64,000 nt of DNA, from positions 22,198,001 to 22,262,000 of the forward strand of contig OZ249436.1 in NCBI GenBank assembly GCA_965235115.1, written 5' to 3'. This document shows, in pieces, positions 12,857 to 27,178 of the stretch (its first letter is position 1; every line of letters starts with the position of its first letter). The notes under the pieces are model-generated. The model did no database searches. It was not told the DNA's origin and worked only from the letters and a program-made list of their open reading frames with translations. Origin of the DNA: Laetmonice hystrix. Its lineage: Eukaryota. A program made the position numbers and the translations under genes.

Positions 12857-13989
12857 AGACCATGAATTGGCGATATAAACGAGAATAAGATCGACCCCAA
12901 CCCAGGCGGTCGTCCATCATAATTGGTATTTTTACGCGTGGCTTTCATTCATCTCATGTCATCTAAAACAAGGGGCTGGCCAGACATTCGATGTTAATCG
13001 CTGTATCACTGACCCATAGACGGGATCATAAAAATCCCACTGTATGATTGATAATGCCTTCTAATTATGGGCTGCTACTGGCGTTTCCTTCATGCCGGGC
13101 CACTGGGTGCCCTTGGGTGGGCCCCCCGCGCGCCCCTCCCCTGGGAATACCCCCCGCCCCCAGGGTCCACAACGATAATTTGGCGCCACGACCCGTGATC
13201 GATGACGTAATTAGTCACGTGATTGATCGGCGGAAGGGCACGGCTTGGTTGAATCTGGGCACAGTGGCGTTTGGTGATCAACGAAAATTGTTCAGGAATA
13301 TACTTACCAGTATAAAGTCTAGTCTTTGACATGTAGGGAGAGCTGTGAGCGGCAGATATAGACGTGACGTGTGTACAGCACAAAAGGTTATCGCTATGTG
13401 ACCTTTGGTTAGTGGGAGGATAGAATATAGATTTATAGAATATAGATATATAATTTGTTGACATGCATGTATTTATTGACACCCATCGGTGAACTGTGGG
13501 CTCTGTTGGTATAAGTCACCATGCAGTCAGCAGATATTATGTCCAGCTGTTAATTGATACCCTTCCATCCATCCCAAGAACAATCCCACCTGGAACCCAT
13601 GTGTTTCGTTCCGCCCTGCAGCTCCTGCCGACGTACAATGTTGTATGTTACAGCAATCCTATTGTTCCTCAGACAGTGATTGCGCCAAGACCGACTTAAA
13701 GACACACACTGGGGCCAGTTCCCGCCGGAAACATTTGGTCGGACTGGGCGTGCATGTTCCATCGCTATCTCAACCCAGGTGATCAGTGGTCCCGACCGTG
13801 CGTGGTACGTCTATCAATGATGTATGCAGATCGGTGGGCCCAGCTCGACTGCCGCCTAGGGCCCCACGCTTCAATCAGTGGCCAGCCTCAAGAAACAACC
13901 AACAACCTATAGATACGGCCGACCACCCGCCAAATCCCCACGGAACTTTTGCGATGCAATTTTCTGTTAAACTTGTTGGCTCCGATTGC

Positions 13990-14640
13990 AAGTAGACCAG
14001 AGATCGACCTGTGCGGGACTGTTCTACATGTACAAGGAGACCACGATCACAGAGATCTACCTGTGCGGGAAATGTTCTACATGTACAAGTAGACCACGAT
14101 CACAGAGATCTACCTGTGCGGGACTGTTCTACATGTACAAGTAGACCACGATCACAGACATCGACCTGTGCGGGACTGTTCTACATGTACAAGTAGACCA
14201 CGATCACAGAGATCGACCTGTGGGGGACTGTTCTAAATGTACAAGTAGACCACGATCACAGAGATCTACCTGTGCGGGACTGTTCTACATGTACAAGTAG
14301 ACCACGATCACAGACATCGACCCGTGCGGGACTGTTCTACATGTACAAGTAGACCACGATCACAGAGATCGACCTGTGGGGGACTGTTCTACATGTACAA
14401 GTAGACCACGATCACAGAGATCGGTCTGTGCGGGACTGTTCTACATGTACAAGTAGACCACGATCACAGAGATCTACCTGTGCGGGACTGTTCTACATGT
14501 ACAAGTAGACCACGATCACAGACATCGACCTGTGCGGGACTGTTCTACATGTACAAGTAGACCACGATCACAGAGATCGACCTGTGGGGGACTGTTCTAC
14601 ATGTACAAGTAGACCACGATCACAGAGATCGGTCTGTGCG
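13990..14640. repeat. Minisatellite, 52-bp unit
   Basis: aagtagaccacgatcacagagatctacctgtgcgggactgttctacatgtac, about 12 copies. Confidence 0.96.
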
Positions 14641-15020
14641 GTCAGACCGTGCCGTCCCTCACCCCACACGTCCCCGTATACCGGCCACATTGCGGTCAAA
14701 CCGTGCCGTCCCTCGCCCCACACGTATACCGGCCACATTGCGGTCAGACCCTGCCGTCCCTCACCCCACACGTATACCGGCCGCGGTCAGACCCTGCCGT
14801 CCCCCACACGTCCCCGTATACCGGCCACGTTGCGGTCAGACCGTGCCGTCCCTCACCCCACACGTCCCCGTATACCGGCCACGTTGCGGTCAGACCGTGC
14901 CGTCCCCCACACGTCCCCGTATACCGGTCACATTGCGGTCAGACCGTGCCGTCCCTCACCCCACACGTATACCGGCCACATTGCGGTCAGACCGTGCCGT
15001 CCCCCACACGTCCCCGTGTA
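14637..15020. repeat. Minisatellite, about 42-54-bp variable unit
   Basis: gcggtcagaccgtgccgtccctcaccccacacgtccccgtataccggccacatt, about 8 copies, directly abutting the 52-bp array. Confidence 0.92.
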
Positions 15021-15510
15021 CCAGCAGGGTCTCCCCGGCCCCCAGCCCGGCTCCCGGACCGTGTTGATGATACGCCGTCCCTGATAAGGCGACCTCCTTG
15101 AGACCAGGCGAGCCGTACTAATGCTCCATGGTAAGGCGAGGAGATAACGGGTAAGGAGGAGTATACAAGAGAAGGAGAAGGACAAGTAGGATGGAGAGGG
15201 AGGAGGAAGTGGCAGGAGTCACGGAAACTTACTGGCCTACTTTAGTTTAAAGGCGTCGGTAATATAAGCAAATTGTAAAGATAAATACATAGATTAATAT
15301 AGATTCAATAGCTTGAACCGCTTGTGCCACCAGTGTAGCAAGGATTTCTAATAAATTATTTTGTGTTATAGTATATTGTGTCAATTTGCCACTTCAGAGA
15401 CCAGATCACAGGCTATCATAAACAAAAAACGTGTTCGAAAACGACATAGCTTCCGAACCTACTTCGTATATTTCAGCTTTGCTCTTCTTACCACTTCTAC
15501 CCATTCCTTT

Positions 15511-17393
15511 GGGTCATGTAGTACGCCTATGTCATGGGTGTCTAACATGTAGTACGCCTATGTCATGGGTGGTGTCTAACATGTAGTACGCCTATGTCAT
15601 GGGTGTCTAACATGTAGTACGCATATGTCATGGGTGGTGTCTACCATGTAGTACGCCTATGTCATGGGTGTCTAACATGTAGTACGCATATGTCATGGGT
15701 GGTGTCTAACATGCAGTACGCCTATGTCATGGGTGTCTAACATGTAGTACGCCTATGTCATGGGTGGTGTCTAACATGTAGTACGCATATGTCATGGGTG
15801 GTGTCTAACATGTAGTACGCATATGTCATGGGTGGTGTCTAACATGTAGTACGCCTATGTCATGGGTGTCTAACATGTAGTACGCCTATGTCATGGGTGT
15901 CTAACATGTAGCACGCATATGTCATGGGTGGTGTCTAACATGTAGTACGCCTATGTCATGGGTGTCTAACATGTAGCACGCATATGTCATGGGTGGTGTC
16001 TAACATGTAGTACGCCTATGTCATGGGTGGTGTCTAACATGTAGTACGCCTATGTCATGGGTGTCTAACATGTAGTACGCCTATGTCATGGGTGTCTAAC
16101 ATGTAGCACGCATATGCCATTGGTGGTGTCTAACATGTAGTACGCCTATGTCATGGGTGTCTAACATGTAGCACGCATATGTCATGGGTGGTGTCTAACA
16201 TGTAGTACGCCTATGTCATGGGTGGTGTCTAACATGTAGTACGCCTATGTCATGGGTGTCTAACATGTAGTACGCCTATGTCATGGGTGTCTAACCTGTA
16301 GCACCTATATGTCATGGGTGGTGTCTAACATGTAGTACGCCTATGTCATGGGTGGTGTCTAACATGTAGTACGCCTATGTCATGGGTGGTGTCTAACATG
16401 TAGAACGCCTATGTCATGGGTGGTGTCTAACATGTAGTACGCCTATGTCATGGGTGTCTAACATGTAGTACGCCTATGTCATGGGTGTCTAACATGTAGC
16501 ACGCATATGTCATGGGTGGTGTCTAACATGTAGTAAGCCTATGTCATGGGTGGTGTCTAACATGTAGTACGCCTATGTCATGGGTGTCTAACATGTAGCA
16601 CGCATATGTCATGGGTGGTGTCTAACATGTAGTACGCCTATGTCATGGGTGTCTAACATGTAGTACGCCTATGTCATGGGTGGTGTCTAACATGTAGTAC
16701 GCCTATGTCATGGGTGGTGTCTAACATGTAGTACGCCTATGTCATGGGTGGTGTCTAACATGTAGTACGCCTATGTCATGGGTGTCTAACATGTAGCACG
16801 CATATGTCATGGGTGGTGTCTAACATGTAGTACGCCTATGTCATGGGTGGTGTCTAACATGTAGTACGCCTATGTCATGGGTGGTGTCTAACATGTAGTA
16901 CGCCTATGTCATGGGTGGTGTCTAACATGTAGTACGCCTATGTCATGGGTGTCTAACATGTAGCACGCATATGTCATGGGTGGTGTCTAACATGTAGTAC
17001 GCCTATGTCATGGGTGGTGTCTAACATGTAGTACGCCTATGTCATGGGTGGTGTCTAACATGTAGTACGCCTATGTCATGGGTGTCTAACATGTAGCACG
17101 CATATGTCATGGGTGGTGTCTAACATGTAGTACGCATATGTCATGGGTGGTGTCTACCATGTAGTACGCCTATGTCATGGGTGTCTAACATGTAGTACGC
17201 CTATGTCATGGGTGGTGTCTAACATGTAGTACGCCTATGTCATGGGTGGTGTCTAACATGTAGAACGCCTATGTCATGGGTGGTGTCTAACATGTAGTAC
17301 GCATATGTCATGGGTGGTGTCTAACATGTAGTATGCCTATGTCATGGGTGTCTAACATGTAGTACGCCTATGTCATGGGTGTCTAACATGTAG
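15511..17393. repeat. Minisatellite, mixed 31/34-bp units
   Basis: catgtagtacgcctatgtcatgggt(ggt)gtctaa, about 57 copies. Confidence 0.98.
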
Positions 17394-19599
17394 ATTAGAC
17401 CCGTTTGATTATATCCCCCAACGGCCACCCCGGGGTAGCCAAGTCGATCAAGACCCCCTTCAGACAATACGACCCCCCCCCCCCTTTAACTCGCCCCTCC
17501 CCCTCCCACCACCAGCACCAGCACCACTACCACCACCACCGAGAGGAGCGTACCCGTGATCCCTTTGACTGAAGACAAAATGATGGAAGCCCACTCCCCT
17601 TGTCGTGTTGCCAAGTCGCAGTATCTGTACTAGAAAACTTGCACTAACAAGTTAATCATGGTCCACCACTGTTGATTACTGCTCGCTTGATCTCGCCTGG
17701 CACGATGGAGGTGAATACCATTGTAGGGAGGTGTTCCTCATCTCTTTGATCTTTGCCGCCAACATTGTAAATACGACAGCCGTAACAACGGCCCGTCCAT
17801 CTATTGTTTAATTACGGGTCGATAAGTAGAACGAGAACACAGTCTCCTGGAGTTTGCCAACTACACGTGAGCGTATATAAACCATAATTTATCTCGTACT
17901 TCGTTCATCTTCTATAGATCTATATTTTATACCCTACATACTGATCCGGTACAGGGCGTCGACCCAACCAATCCACCACGAATTGAGTAGCAAAGTTTGA
18001 ATACTGTGGTCACTGCACTCGGCACGTGGCATCCCTGGCAGTCGGCTAATTGCGGACTAATTTCACCCCCTCCCCCAAATTATGCCTGGAAATGGGCTTG
18101 CATCACGAAGGTGGGCAATCAGATCGGCGGTATAAAATTGTTAAAATGTTAATGATTCACCGTTATCGGCACTGTGTAGACGTGATTGCCCCCACAGCCT
18201 CCAAGGCCCGCTCGGTAAACACACGATGTTAAGATGACGTGTTAGCCCGTGATTTGGTGTTTTGGCATTGAATAAGATTACTATAAATTAATACAGTTGG
18301 CATGGGGACACGATATTTGCCGAGAGACAGGCCGTTGTCTCTCATGTGAAATGTGACCCCAGAAGGATGTCCACTGGCGAGTATTAGGTTAGCTTTCTGA
18401 TCCGGGCCATTCCCACATTTCTCTTACACCACGCATTCTATTTATACTGGTAAAATGATATACATAACATAAACTGAAGAATTCTAATATTATACTAGAT
18501 TACGTTATGTGTATTTAGTAGGGGTAGTAGTGTAAGAAGAAGGATTAGAAGGAGAAGACAACTAGGTAATAAAAGCAGTAGTAGCAGCAGTAAACACTAA
18601 TAGATATGTCTTCACTAACCGCCTGTGAAGACGGAATGTATGACGTAAGTAGTTCATGACAATGTCCGCCGTAGTCAGGTACTGTCCGGCCAACATGCCA
18701 GGTGCGGTTTATGTTGGTTGGATGGTGATCAGACCACACAGTGATTGTTGGCTTTCTAACATCTTATTTGGTATACCCATCTTTAGTCTCAGCAAACTGC
18801 AGACACAGAGAGATAGTAAACGTTGCATGGACTCCGTTCGTTCATGACGCAGAGTTTAATGGCGGGTTTGCCTGAGATTACTCGTTTGCGAGCTTAGCGC
18901 CCGGTGACACGCACCTCCAACCATTCCCAACCACAGAATTATGAAAATTAACGCACGCCTTTCAAAAGGCCGATCGGTGCTGAGAAGAAGCGAGTGCTAT
19001 AAGTAGACTGATACCTTATATAATCATACTAACCGTGGGAGTGTCCCCTGTCGTTTAGTACGGGAGTACGGGAGTGTCCAATATCATAACACTGTATTGA
19101 TAGAGCTTCGACGATGATACTTTACTACACATAATTATGTCGTTATGCGCAAAGTGTTATAATGTTCCAATACAGTAAACGCACGGCGCTGGTCATCTAG
19201 AAAAATATTCTAATATTATATAATAATATTCATGTATATTATCTACGAACGTCTATGGAGGCTAATACCACACATGCAGACATCTCGTCTATATGTTAGG
19301 GTTCACACACCCAACTTAAGTCCGATTTTTGGAACCGACCTATTTTTGGTTTAGTTTTCCTTTGGGGAAATTCAATCGGGCCTAAATTGGCCTTGTGAAT
19401 CATTCAGGTGAACATTAGCCACATCCTGTCCCTCCCCCACCTCCTTCTGCCCCCCCCCCCACCCCACCCCACCCCACTCTCACTAACAACACTATTGCTG
19501 GAGACAAACGGTTTATGGCCAGAAAGATCCCATTGGGAAATTTCTCGGGGATCATCCATTGTCTTTCGGGAAATATCACACACAACCAGTGTACAATCC

Positions 19600-19822
19600 T
19601 CGGGGCTGTGCGCGGGGGGGGGGGGGGGTTCGGGGTGTCCGTAACCCCCCCCCCCCTTCAAAATCAAGTATAGGGCTTTAAAAATGTCACTTTTGACATG
19701 CCGTTTTAGACCTTATTTTGTGCTCTAAAATGCATCAAATGCCACTGAATTACACCTTACATTTCCTAATTTGACGGCATGCCCCCGACCCCCCCCCCCC
19801 CTCAAGCATGTCCCCCCCCCGG
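19600..19822 (+). mobile_element. Probable degenerate non-autonomous DNA transposon fragment
   Basis: (g)n-ttcggggtgtccgtaa-(c)n head, AT-rich middle (ctctaaaatgcatcaaatg) and gcatgcccccgacccccc; layout recalled from invertebrate MITE families, no TSD confirmed. Confidence 0.4.
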
Positions 19823-20639
19823 CCCTTGTCCTTGTGTGCGTATAACCAATCTATGTCATTGTGCATACTCCACCTTGGACGTGGCCAAGTCAGACCCTGG
19901 GCTGCCTGTTAGGGTGGAGTGATCTGTTTGCTGACCATCCTCCAGTCTCCATGCAAACCTAACTTTCATGACAGTACCAAGCACATTGCGGGCAGCTTGA
20001 ACAGTTTCGTGATCCTTTTTTATGGACCCTAGTCAGTGTCGTCATCACCCTGCCTGGGCGCGTGCGCACAGCCCACATACGGCGGCCCTGTTCACGATGT
20101 GCGCTCAGAAAATTGCCGCTTTACGTGCGAACCGACCGCGATAAGATCAACAGCGCCCATATTTCTAATGGAAATAAAAATGAAAATTATGACCATCACG
20201 AAGAGTTCTCCACGAACAGGACAGTGAGGTTTGATGGCAGTTTGGTGATGAATATGGCATCGACAAGTGGTAACTGTCACCTGTTCCTAGGTATGGACTT
20301 TAAGTGGGCCGCGAGCCCGTACCCATCTGTTCAAACCGATGGTAGGAGAAAAATGAAATCCCCGCCTCGCATGCATGCACACTTATCCCGATGAATCAGC
20401 AAACAACAATTGTTGCTCTAACATGAGAGCCGGTAAAAACATACGAATTTTGATCAATGCGTGATTTTTGTATGATCTGTTTTTAGCGTGAGCCGCGCGC
20501 TGGTTGCTGATAGGATCAAATTATATTCTCGTGCGATCGTAGCGATTTCTATTTCGGTGACAGAATATGATCGAGGATCAGAACTAGGCGTAAATCATGC
20601 CTTTCTTTCTGCCTCCGTTCCAAGCGGCTGCTGCAGCTA

Positions 20640-20850
20640 TTGGGTAATAAAGGCCGCCTCCGGGCATGCGCAGTGGTTGTGTGAGGATCACGTGACGAAA
20701 GGCCGAGGTCGAGGCCGGATCGATGAACCAGTGGGGCGTGACCATGAACCGGAAATAAAGCAGGTAGCGCCGACCGGTTGGCTTCCGGTGGTGGCGACAG
20801 CGCTGGGAGAAGTCACTCGGCCGTAACGGGGGGCGGACTCCAAACCATCG
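20640..20850. promoter_or_regulatory. CpG-rich promoter/enhancer-like motif cluster
   Basis: gcatgcgca (NRF1-like, 20664); tcacgtgac (E-box, 20688); accggaaat (ETS, about 20748); cttccgg; gggggcgga (GC box, about 20830). Confidence 0.3.
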
Positions 20851-23800
20851 ACTTCTCTGTCCTGGGGCGAGCCGTGAAGCTGTCAGCCAGCGGAGAGCGT
20901 ACGATAGCATAACCAGGCACAGAAAATGAAAACGTACATGAAAAACACATTATACGTAAATCATTATTATCAAGTTCTATATAGATTCAATTTATATCTA
21001 TGAAACAGAGTAATAAAGGCGGGGTATAGGCCTATATAAATAAGAGTGTTTTTGTGGCAGAATGATATGGGAACTACATGTATACAATACTGATTGATTT
21101 ATTCTCTCTTTACACACCCTGAGACACAGAGACCAAATGTATTCTAAAAGAATCTTTCAGGAACGAGTTTCAGGGTCCTAAAATCCAAAGTTCCTATGAA
21201 AAGAATGAAATGATAAGAATAAAGAACTGACCACGGCCATGTTTGAAACGTACCCTCAGGTGTGTAACTGTGCAGGTGAGTTAAATGATGCGTGACGACA
21301 GCGTGCAGTATGAATGCACACCGTTTGATGACGCCTCATTTGCATATGGCAAATGCGCTCAGTGATACGCATCGTTACTCAGCCGTTCCGTTCCGCTCTG
21401 GTGACCCTCATGCCCATTTCCCGTTTTCCACGTGCCCGCTGCAGGGGTCTCGCCCAGTTAAAGCTGGGCTGGAAACACATCTTCAGGCTATGCATGTCGC
21501 CGATCTTTAATACCCACCCACAACACGTACACGTGCGTCAACAGCCTCGGACAATCCTGAAATTGTATTTCATGAGCTGAAAACATTCCTCCCCTCGAGG
21601 TGAAGGACAGGTTCTCTCTGTGAATATATTTCTATATCTTATTTACATTATAATATTTGTATATAGGCCGTTATACCAACACCATTTGAGGTCTAGTTCA
21701 CACCTATTATGTTCTTGTAAAACAATCGAGCAAAAAATCAATGCAGTAAACGCGTCATGGCTGAAAGTTTACGTGCTGAATATAATAATTTTATGATGTA
21801 GACTCTAGGTATAAAACATGGAACTCCTATGAAAATTACAAATTCATTCCTATAGTTCGCATGTTGGATAAAGACATACCCCAAAATTACGACTGTATCA
21901 TGGTTTAATAATAATGTCATCTATCTAGATTGCCTTTTTAATATTCTACGAGTTGTTTATTGATAATACTCATGTTATTTGGCAGTTATTTATTGTATGA
22001 ACCTGTAGTTCTCTTAGCGCATTTGTTCTATATTTTACTTCTTTTTTTCACAATGCGGTTTTACTCAGAGCAAGACTTCTCCACATCCATGCCCAGGGAG
22101 ACTGAGCCTCCTATAGGCCCATACACCACACACTGTGTTTGTCACGAGCTGTGATTGCATACCCACCTTGATGTGGTTTGCCTAGATCCGACCAATGAAA
22201 TTCATTGTAATAAACACGGTACGGTTTGATGGCCCTAACAACGCGATCTGTACCACAGACTTGTGCATGACGGCGCACATCGACACCGTCACACGTGCAC
22301 ACCCCCACCCCCGTACCCCCTACCCCGATTTCCCCGCGGACGACCTCAGTCGAGACGCTACAACCCTTCCGAGGATTAGGGTCAGGGTATCTATAGGAGT
22401 TGGATTAAGTTGTCGAGAGATCGGGATCAGACCGTTACAGAGTGTGTAGTTGGAAAGTTTCCCCTGGTTGTCATGGATTGAGTGTCACGCGTCAAGCTCT
22501 ACGGTTCTGATGGTGGAACTCGGAGGATGCGCGTGACAATGGCGCGTCTATTGTGACATGCCAGCCCCAGGTGGCGTTCGCTATTGTTACATCACGCCTC
22601 GGTGATAATGGTGCAGTGTGGTGAGAATTCAGCTTCAATCTCCGCTACTGTCGGCCAGACTGCATTATGTACAAAAACAATGGGATGGAATCGTAGAGAA
22701 TGGGTTCGTGGGGAATGGTTTATATGTGGGGGGGGGGGGGCGCCCCCCTTGGAAGGAAAGCAACGAGATTTCCGAGTCCAAACAGGCCAGCTATATCGAA
22801 TGGGTCCCCCCCCCCCTGAGGTGGCCTATCAGGGTGGATGTGGGGGTGAGGTGCCTATAAATGACCTACATGACCTTGTAAGAGGGAGCCGACCAGAGAC
22901 CGCTATACCGGTCTATGGTATAAATTAGATCCTAAGTCCGGGGGTGTATGTTCCCAGGTGACAATCGAACGACGTACATATTACGCCGAGACGCTGAGTT
23001 ATCGACGCATGCGCACTGTGCCCAGCGTCCGTCGGTCCTGCACCCATTAAGACGTCACGACGACAGACGCCAGGTGACACGTCGAGACCTCAAGGTTACA
23101 TGGAGAGTACACAGGTCGCCACGAGAGGGCGCTCAGAGAGATCCTTGTCACGGTGGCCTCATTACTAACAGTCCAGGTGACACTATAGGCTGATTACCGT
23201 GCTGTGTGATGATCTGATCATCTCGACATGGATTTGTAACCATATAAATATTGGCATAATTTGGCTGGCTCTGGTGTATTGTATATTTGTAATCCACCAA
23301 ACTGTGCGATTCAGTCCGTATAGATAAATCTGAGGGTTTATTGAACCCTAGGGGATGGGGTCACAACATGTCCACTCACACCCCCCTGGGGTATTATAGG
23401 CGGAGAGTCAGGCCAGTTGGCACAGACAGCACCCCTGCACTTCATGGCCCACTCTTTATGAAATATTCACAAGTAATACATCCATGTACACCGGCTCCTA
23501 CCTCCTGCTTTATCCTACCCTCGGACACGTGAATGCCCTTACCTCCATCCCTCTGCCGCAGACCATAACCACGACAACCCCACTCCCACTAATGTGTGTT
23601 TTGTATTTGTCCTCTATCTAAACACAATTGCGACCACGCCCTCTAATGTTGGTCTTTGTCAGAGACAACTCTAACGGTCCTGCGTCGTCCGGGGATCATA
23701 TAGTTGGACAATGTCGGATGACAACCAGCGCCAGGTATTCTTCTTCATCCAATTTGACGCGCCATTGTCGGCGCGGATTCTGCACAAAACGTTCCCATTT

Positions 23801-24563
23801 TTGGCACGGGCGTCGCGATCTCGGGATCATCCCAGTAGAATGTGGCGCCACGTAATCAACACAAGGCCCTCCCGGAAAAAGCCTGCACCCAACGCACCTG
23901 ACTCTTTGGAAGCGTCGACCAAAAGGTGGACTTGGCTGATAATGGTTGGGTGAGCTCGAGTTACTGATAGCTGATCGGATAATTCCCCGCCTCGGTCAAC
24001 AATCAGACACTGATACCAGAATCAGGAAGCCAAATGTACTCTGGGATGAAGTCAAAGCAAAGCCATCACATTTTAGACCACCCACCCCCACCCCCACCCC
24101 CACCCCACACAGCCCATCCCACCTCACCCGATCCACCATCTTGTATGCGCCAATCCATGGGGCCTACATATATCTGATGGCGTTCTCATTCTGTGTCCCC
24201 TACAGCGATTCGGACCGGGGGCGGGGGGGGGGGGGGGGAGTACGGTGTATGGAACATCCATGTCAGCTCTGTTACGACAATCTCTCATACATTGCTATAC
24301 AGTAAAACTTCTCTGGATGTTTTCATGCACACCTCACCCTGCTGACCGTTCATCTCCCTGTTATCTGCCCCCCCCCCCCCCCCCCCGGCGCCCGATCGAC
24401 GGTCAAGATTCCCAGCCAAATTAGCAATGTGTGTTGGTGGAGACGATGCAGTGGTTGTCTTGGACTCTGTCCAAGGTCATGAAGTCAGCTGACCCGCTCC
24501 GACCACGCCAGGTCGTCATGTAACACGGTTATTACTGCCCGCCCGCCGTGCATGCTACAAAAT

Positions 24564-26084
24564 ACGTGATCGGTTAGTCGTGTTATGATGACCCCGTGAT
24601 CGGTTAGTCGTGCTACGTGATCGGTTAGTCGTGTTACGATGACCCCGTGACCGGTTAGTCGTGTTATGGTGACCCCGTGATCGGTTAGTCGTGTTACGTG
24701 ATCGGTTAGTCGTGTTACGATGACCCCGTGATCGGTTAGTCGTGTTACGTGATCGGTTAGTCGTGTTACGATGACCCCGTGATCGGTTAGTCGTGTTATG
24801 ATGACCCCGTGATCGGTTAGTCGTGTTATGGTGACCCCGTGATCGGTTAGTCGTGCTACGTGATCGGTTAGTCGTGTTATGATGACCCCGTGATTGGTTA
24901 GTCGTGTTACGATGACCCCGTGATCGGTTAGTCGTGTTACGATGACCCCGTGATCGGTTAGTCGTGTTATGATGACCCCGTGATCGGTTAGTCGTGTTAT
25001 GATGACCCCGTGATCGGTTAGTCGTGTTATGATGACCCGTGATCGGTTAGTCGTGTTATGATGACCCCGTGATCGGTTAGTCGTGTTATGATGACCCCGT
25101 GATCGGTTAGTCGTGTTATAATAACCCCGTAATCGGTTAGTCGTGTTACGTGATCGGTTAGTCGTGTTATGATGACCCCGTGATCGGCTAGTCGTGTTAC
25201 GTGATCGGTTAGTCGTGTTATGTGACCCCGTGATCAGTTAGTCGTGTTACGATAGCCTCGTGATCGGTTAGTTGTGTTACGATGACCCCGTGATCGGTTA
25301 GTCGTGTTACGATGACCCTGTGATCGGTTAGTCGTGTTACGTGATTGGTTAGTCATGTTACAATGACCACGTGATCGGTTAGTCGTGTTACGATGACCAC
25401 GTGATCGGTTAGTCGTGTTACAATGACCACGTGATCGGTTAGTCGTGTTACAATGACCACGTGATCGGTTAGTCATGTTACAATGACCACGTGATCGGTT
25501 AGTCGTGTTACGTGATTGGATAGTCATGTTACGATGACCACATGATCGGTTAGTCATGTTACGATGACTACGTGATTGGTTAGTCATGTTACGATGACCA
25601 CATGATCGGTTAGTCGTGTTACGATGACCCTGTGATCGGTTAGTCGTGTTACGTGATTGGTTAGTCGTGTTACAATGACCACGTGATCGGTTAGTCGTGT
25701 TACAATGACCACGTGATCGGTTAGTCGTGTTACAATGACCACGTGATCGGTTAGTCGTGTTACAATGACCACGTGATCGGTTAGTCATGTTACAATGACC
25801 ACGTGATCGGTTAGTCGTGTTACGTGATTGGTTAGTCATGTTACGATGACCACATGATCGGTTAGTCGTGTTATGATGAACCCGTGATCGGTTAGTCGTG
25901 TTACGATGACCCAGTGATCAGTTACTCGCGTTACGCTGAACCCGTGATCAGTTAGTCGTGTTACGACGAACCCGTGATCGGTTAGTCGTGTTACGTGATC
26001 GGTTAGTCGTGTTACGATGACCCCGTGATCGGTTAGTCGTGTTACGATGACCCCGTGATCAGTTAGTCGTGTTACGATGACCCC
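24564..26084. repeat. Minisatellite, 30-bp unit with 21-bp short variants
   Basis: cgtgatcggttagtcgtgttacgatgaccc; central sub-domain variant caatgaccacgtgat. Confidence 0.97.
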
Positions 26085-27123
26085 AACTAAATGTTTTATT
26101 TCACCAAGCTACCCTCAGCTGAAACCAAGCATCTTTCAAGCACGGCCCTAATATTTTTTTCTACCACACGTATAATGAATGAAAACCTGAAGTGTAGCCT
26201 ACCATAAAGATATCAAAGTCCTGTGGCTACCCTAACCCATGTGTATATGCTGAAGACATCTTTAGATAGACCACCGCGAACGTTCCTCTTCAGTCCGACA
26301 TTCTGGGACCAGAAACCCACTGGGAAGCCGTGCTGTTACATGTTCAATGCCTGAACCTCCTCCGTGCAGTGTGAGGGCCAGCCGAGGGTAGGCGCCCATA
26401 CCTGGGGTCACACGGTCACACAGAGGCTTCCATCTCCGAGGTTCCCTGTACGTGACCCGGTCCCTCCTCCGCCGGCCGTGGGGGTGTCTACCTGCCGCTG
26501 ACCGGCCCCTCCCTCTCGGCGGCCTCGACAAACCCTCACCACAGCCACAACCCGCCCTGCCCATTTAGCCCTAAATTAAGGAGCCGGCCGCTGGACAACC
26601 GTGACACGGCCGATTGTGGCGGCACGTACCGCAAGCAGCGAGCAAATTACGCCGGCTTCCAACCATAGAAAACGGAAAGGAACCAAACTGAATAGCTACA
26701 TGTGGACTAAACGCGTGGGAGGGGAAGGGGTTGGAAATTGGGCTTTACGTTATGAGGGGGAGGACGCATCTTGGGTGGGGTCAGGGATGCGGGTCACTAA
26801 AATCCCTCCCTATAGATGTTTTACACTTCATGACGAAAAGGGCCAAGCGTAACGCAGCTGCCAACTTGATGATTGGCTTTCTCTGGTGATACCTTAACAT
26901 CAATAGCATAGACCTGTGCGTGCGAGAATGTCAGGAAAGCTGGCATTGTGAGTGATGGCTACTAGAATACATGTAATAGGTTTCAGCATACAGAAACTTG
27001 GTTATTGTAGGCTAGTTACAAGGCTGGTAGGCTAACCAAGTCTTTTCTGTTTTCGCCACAGTCCCCGTGGTACCTGAGAGACAATAGGCCCCTTTTTTCT
27101 GTGTCATATTCTGACTGTGTTTT

Positions 27124-27172
27124 CACCACCGTGAGGATTGCCTTGGATGCTGAGGCGGCGTAAAAGCATAAT
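27124..27172 (+). mobile_element. SINE-type 3' tail fragment related to the 5757 SINE tail
   Basis: caccaccgtga...ccttggatgctgaggcggcgtaaaa versus caccgccgtga...ccctggctgttgcaaggcgtaaaa in the 5757 SINE. Confidence 0.5.
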
Positions 27173-27178
27173 TACCGT

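Noticed and set aside
15247..15480. TTAA-flanked Kolobok-like MITE start (ttaaaggcgtcgg)
   Set aside because: No matching opposite terminus was found.
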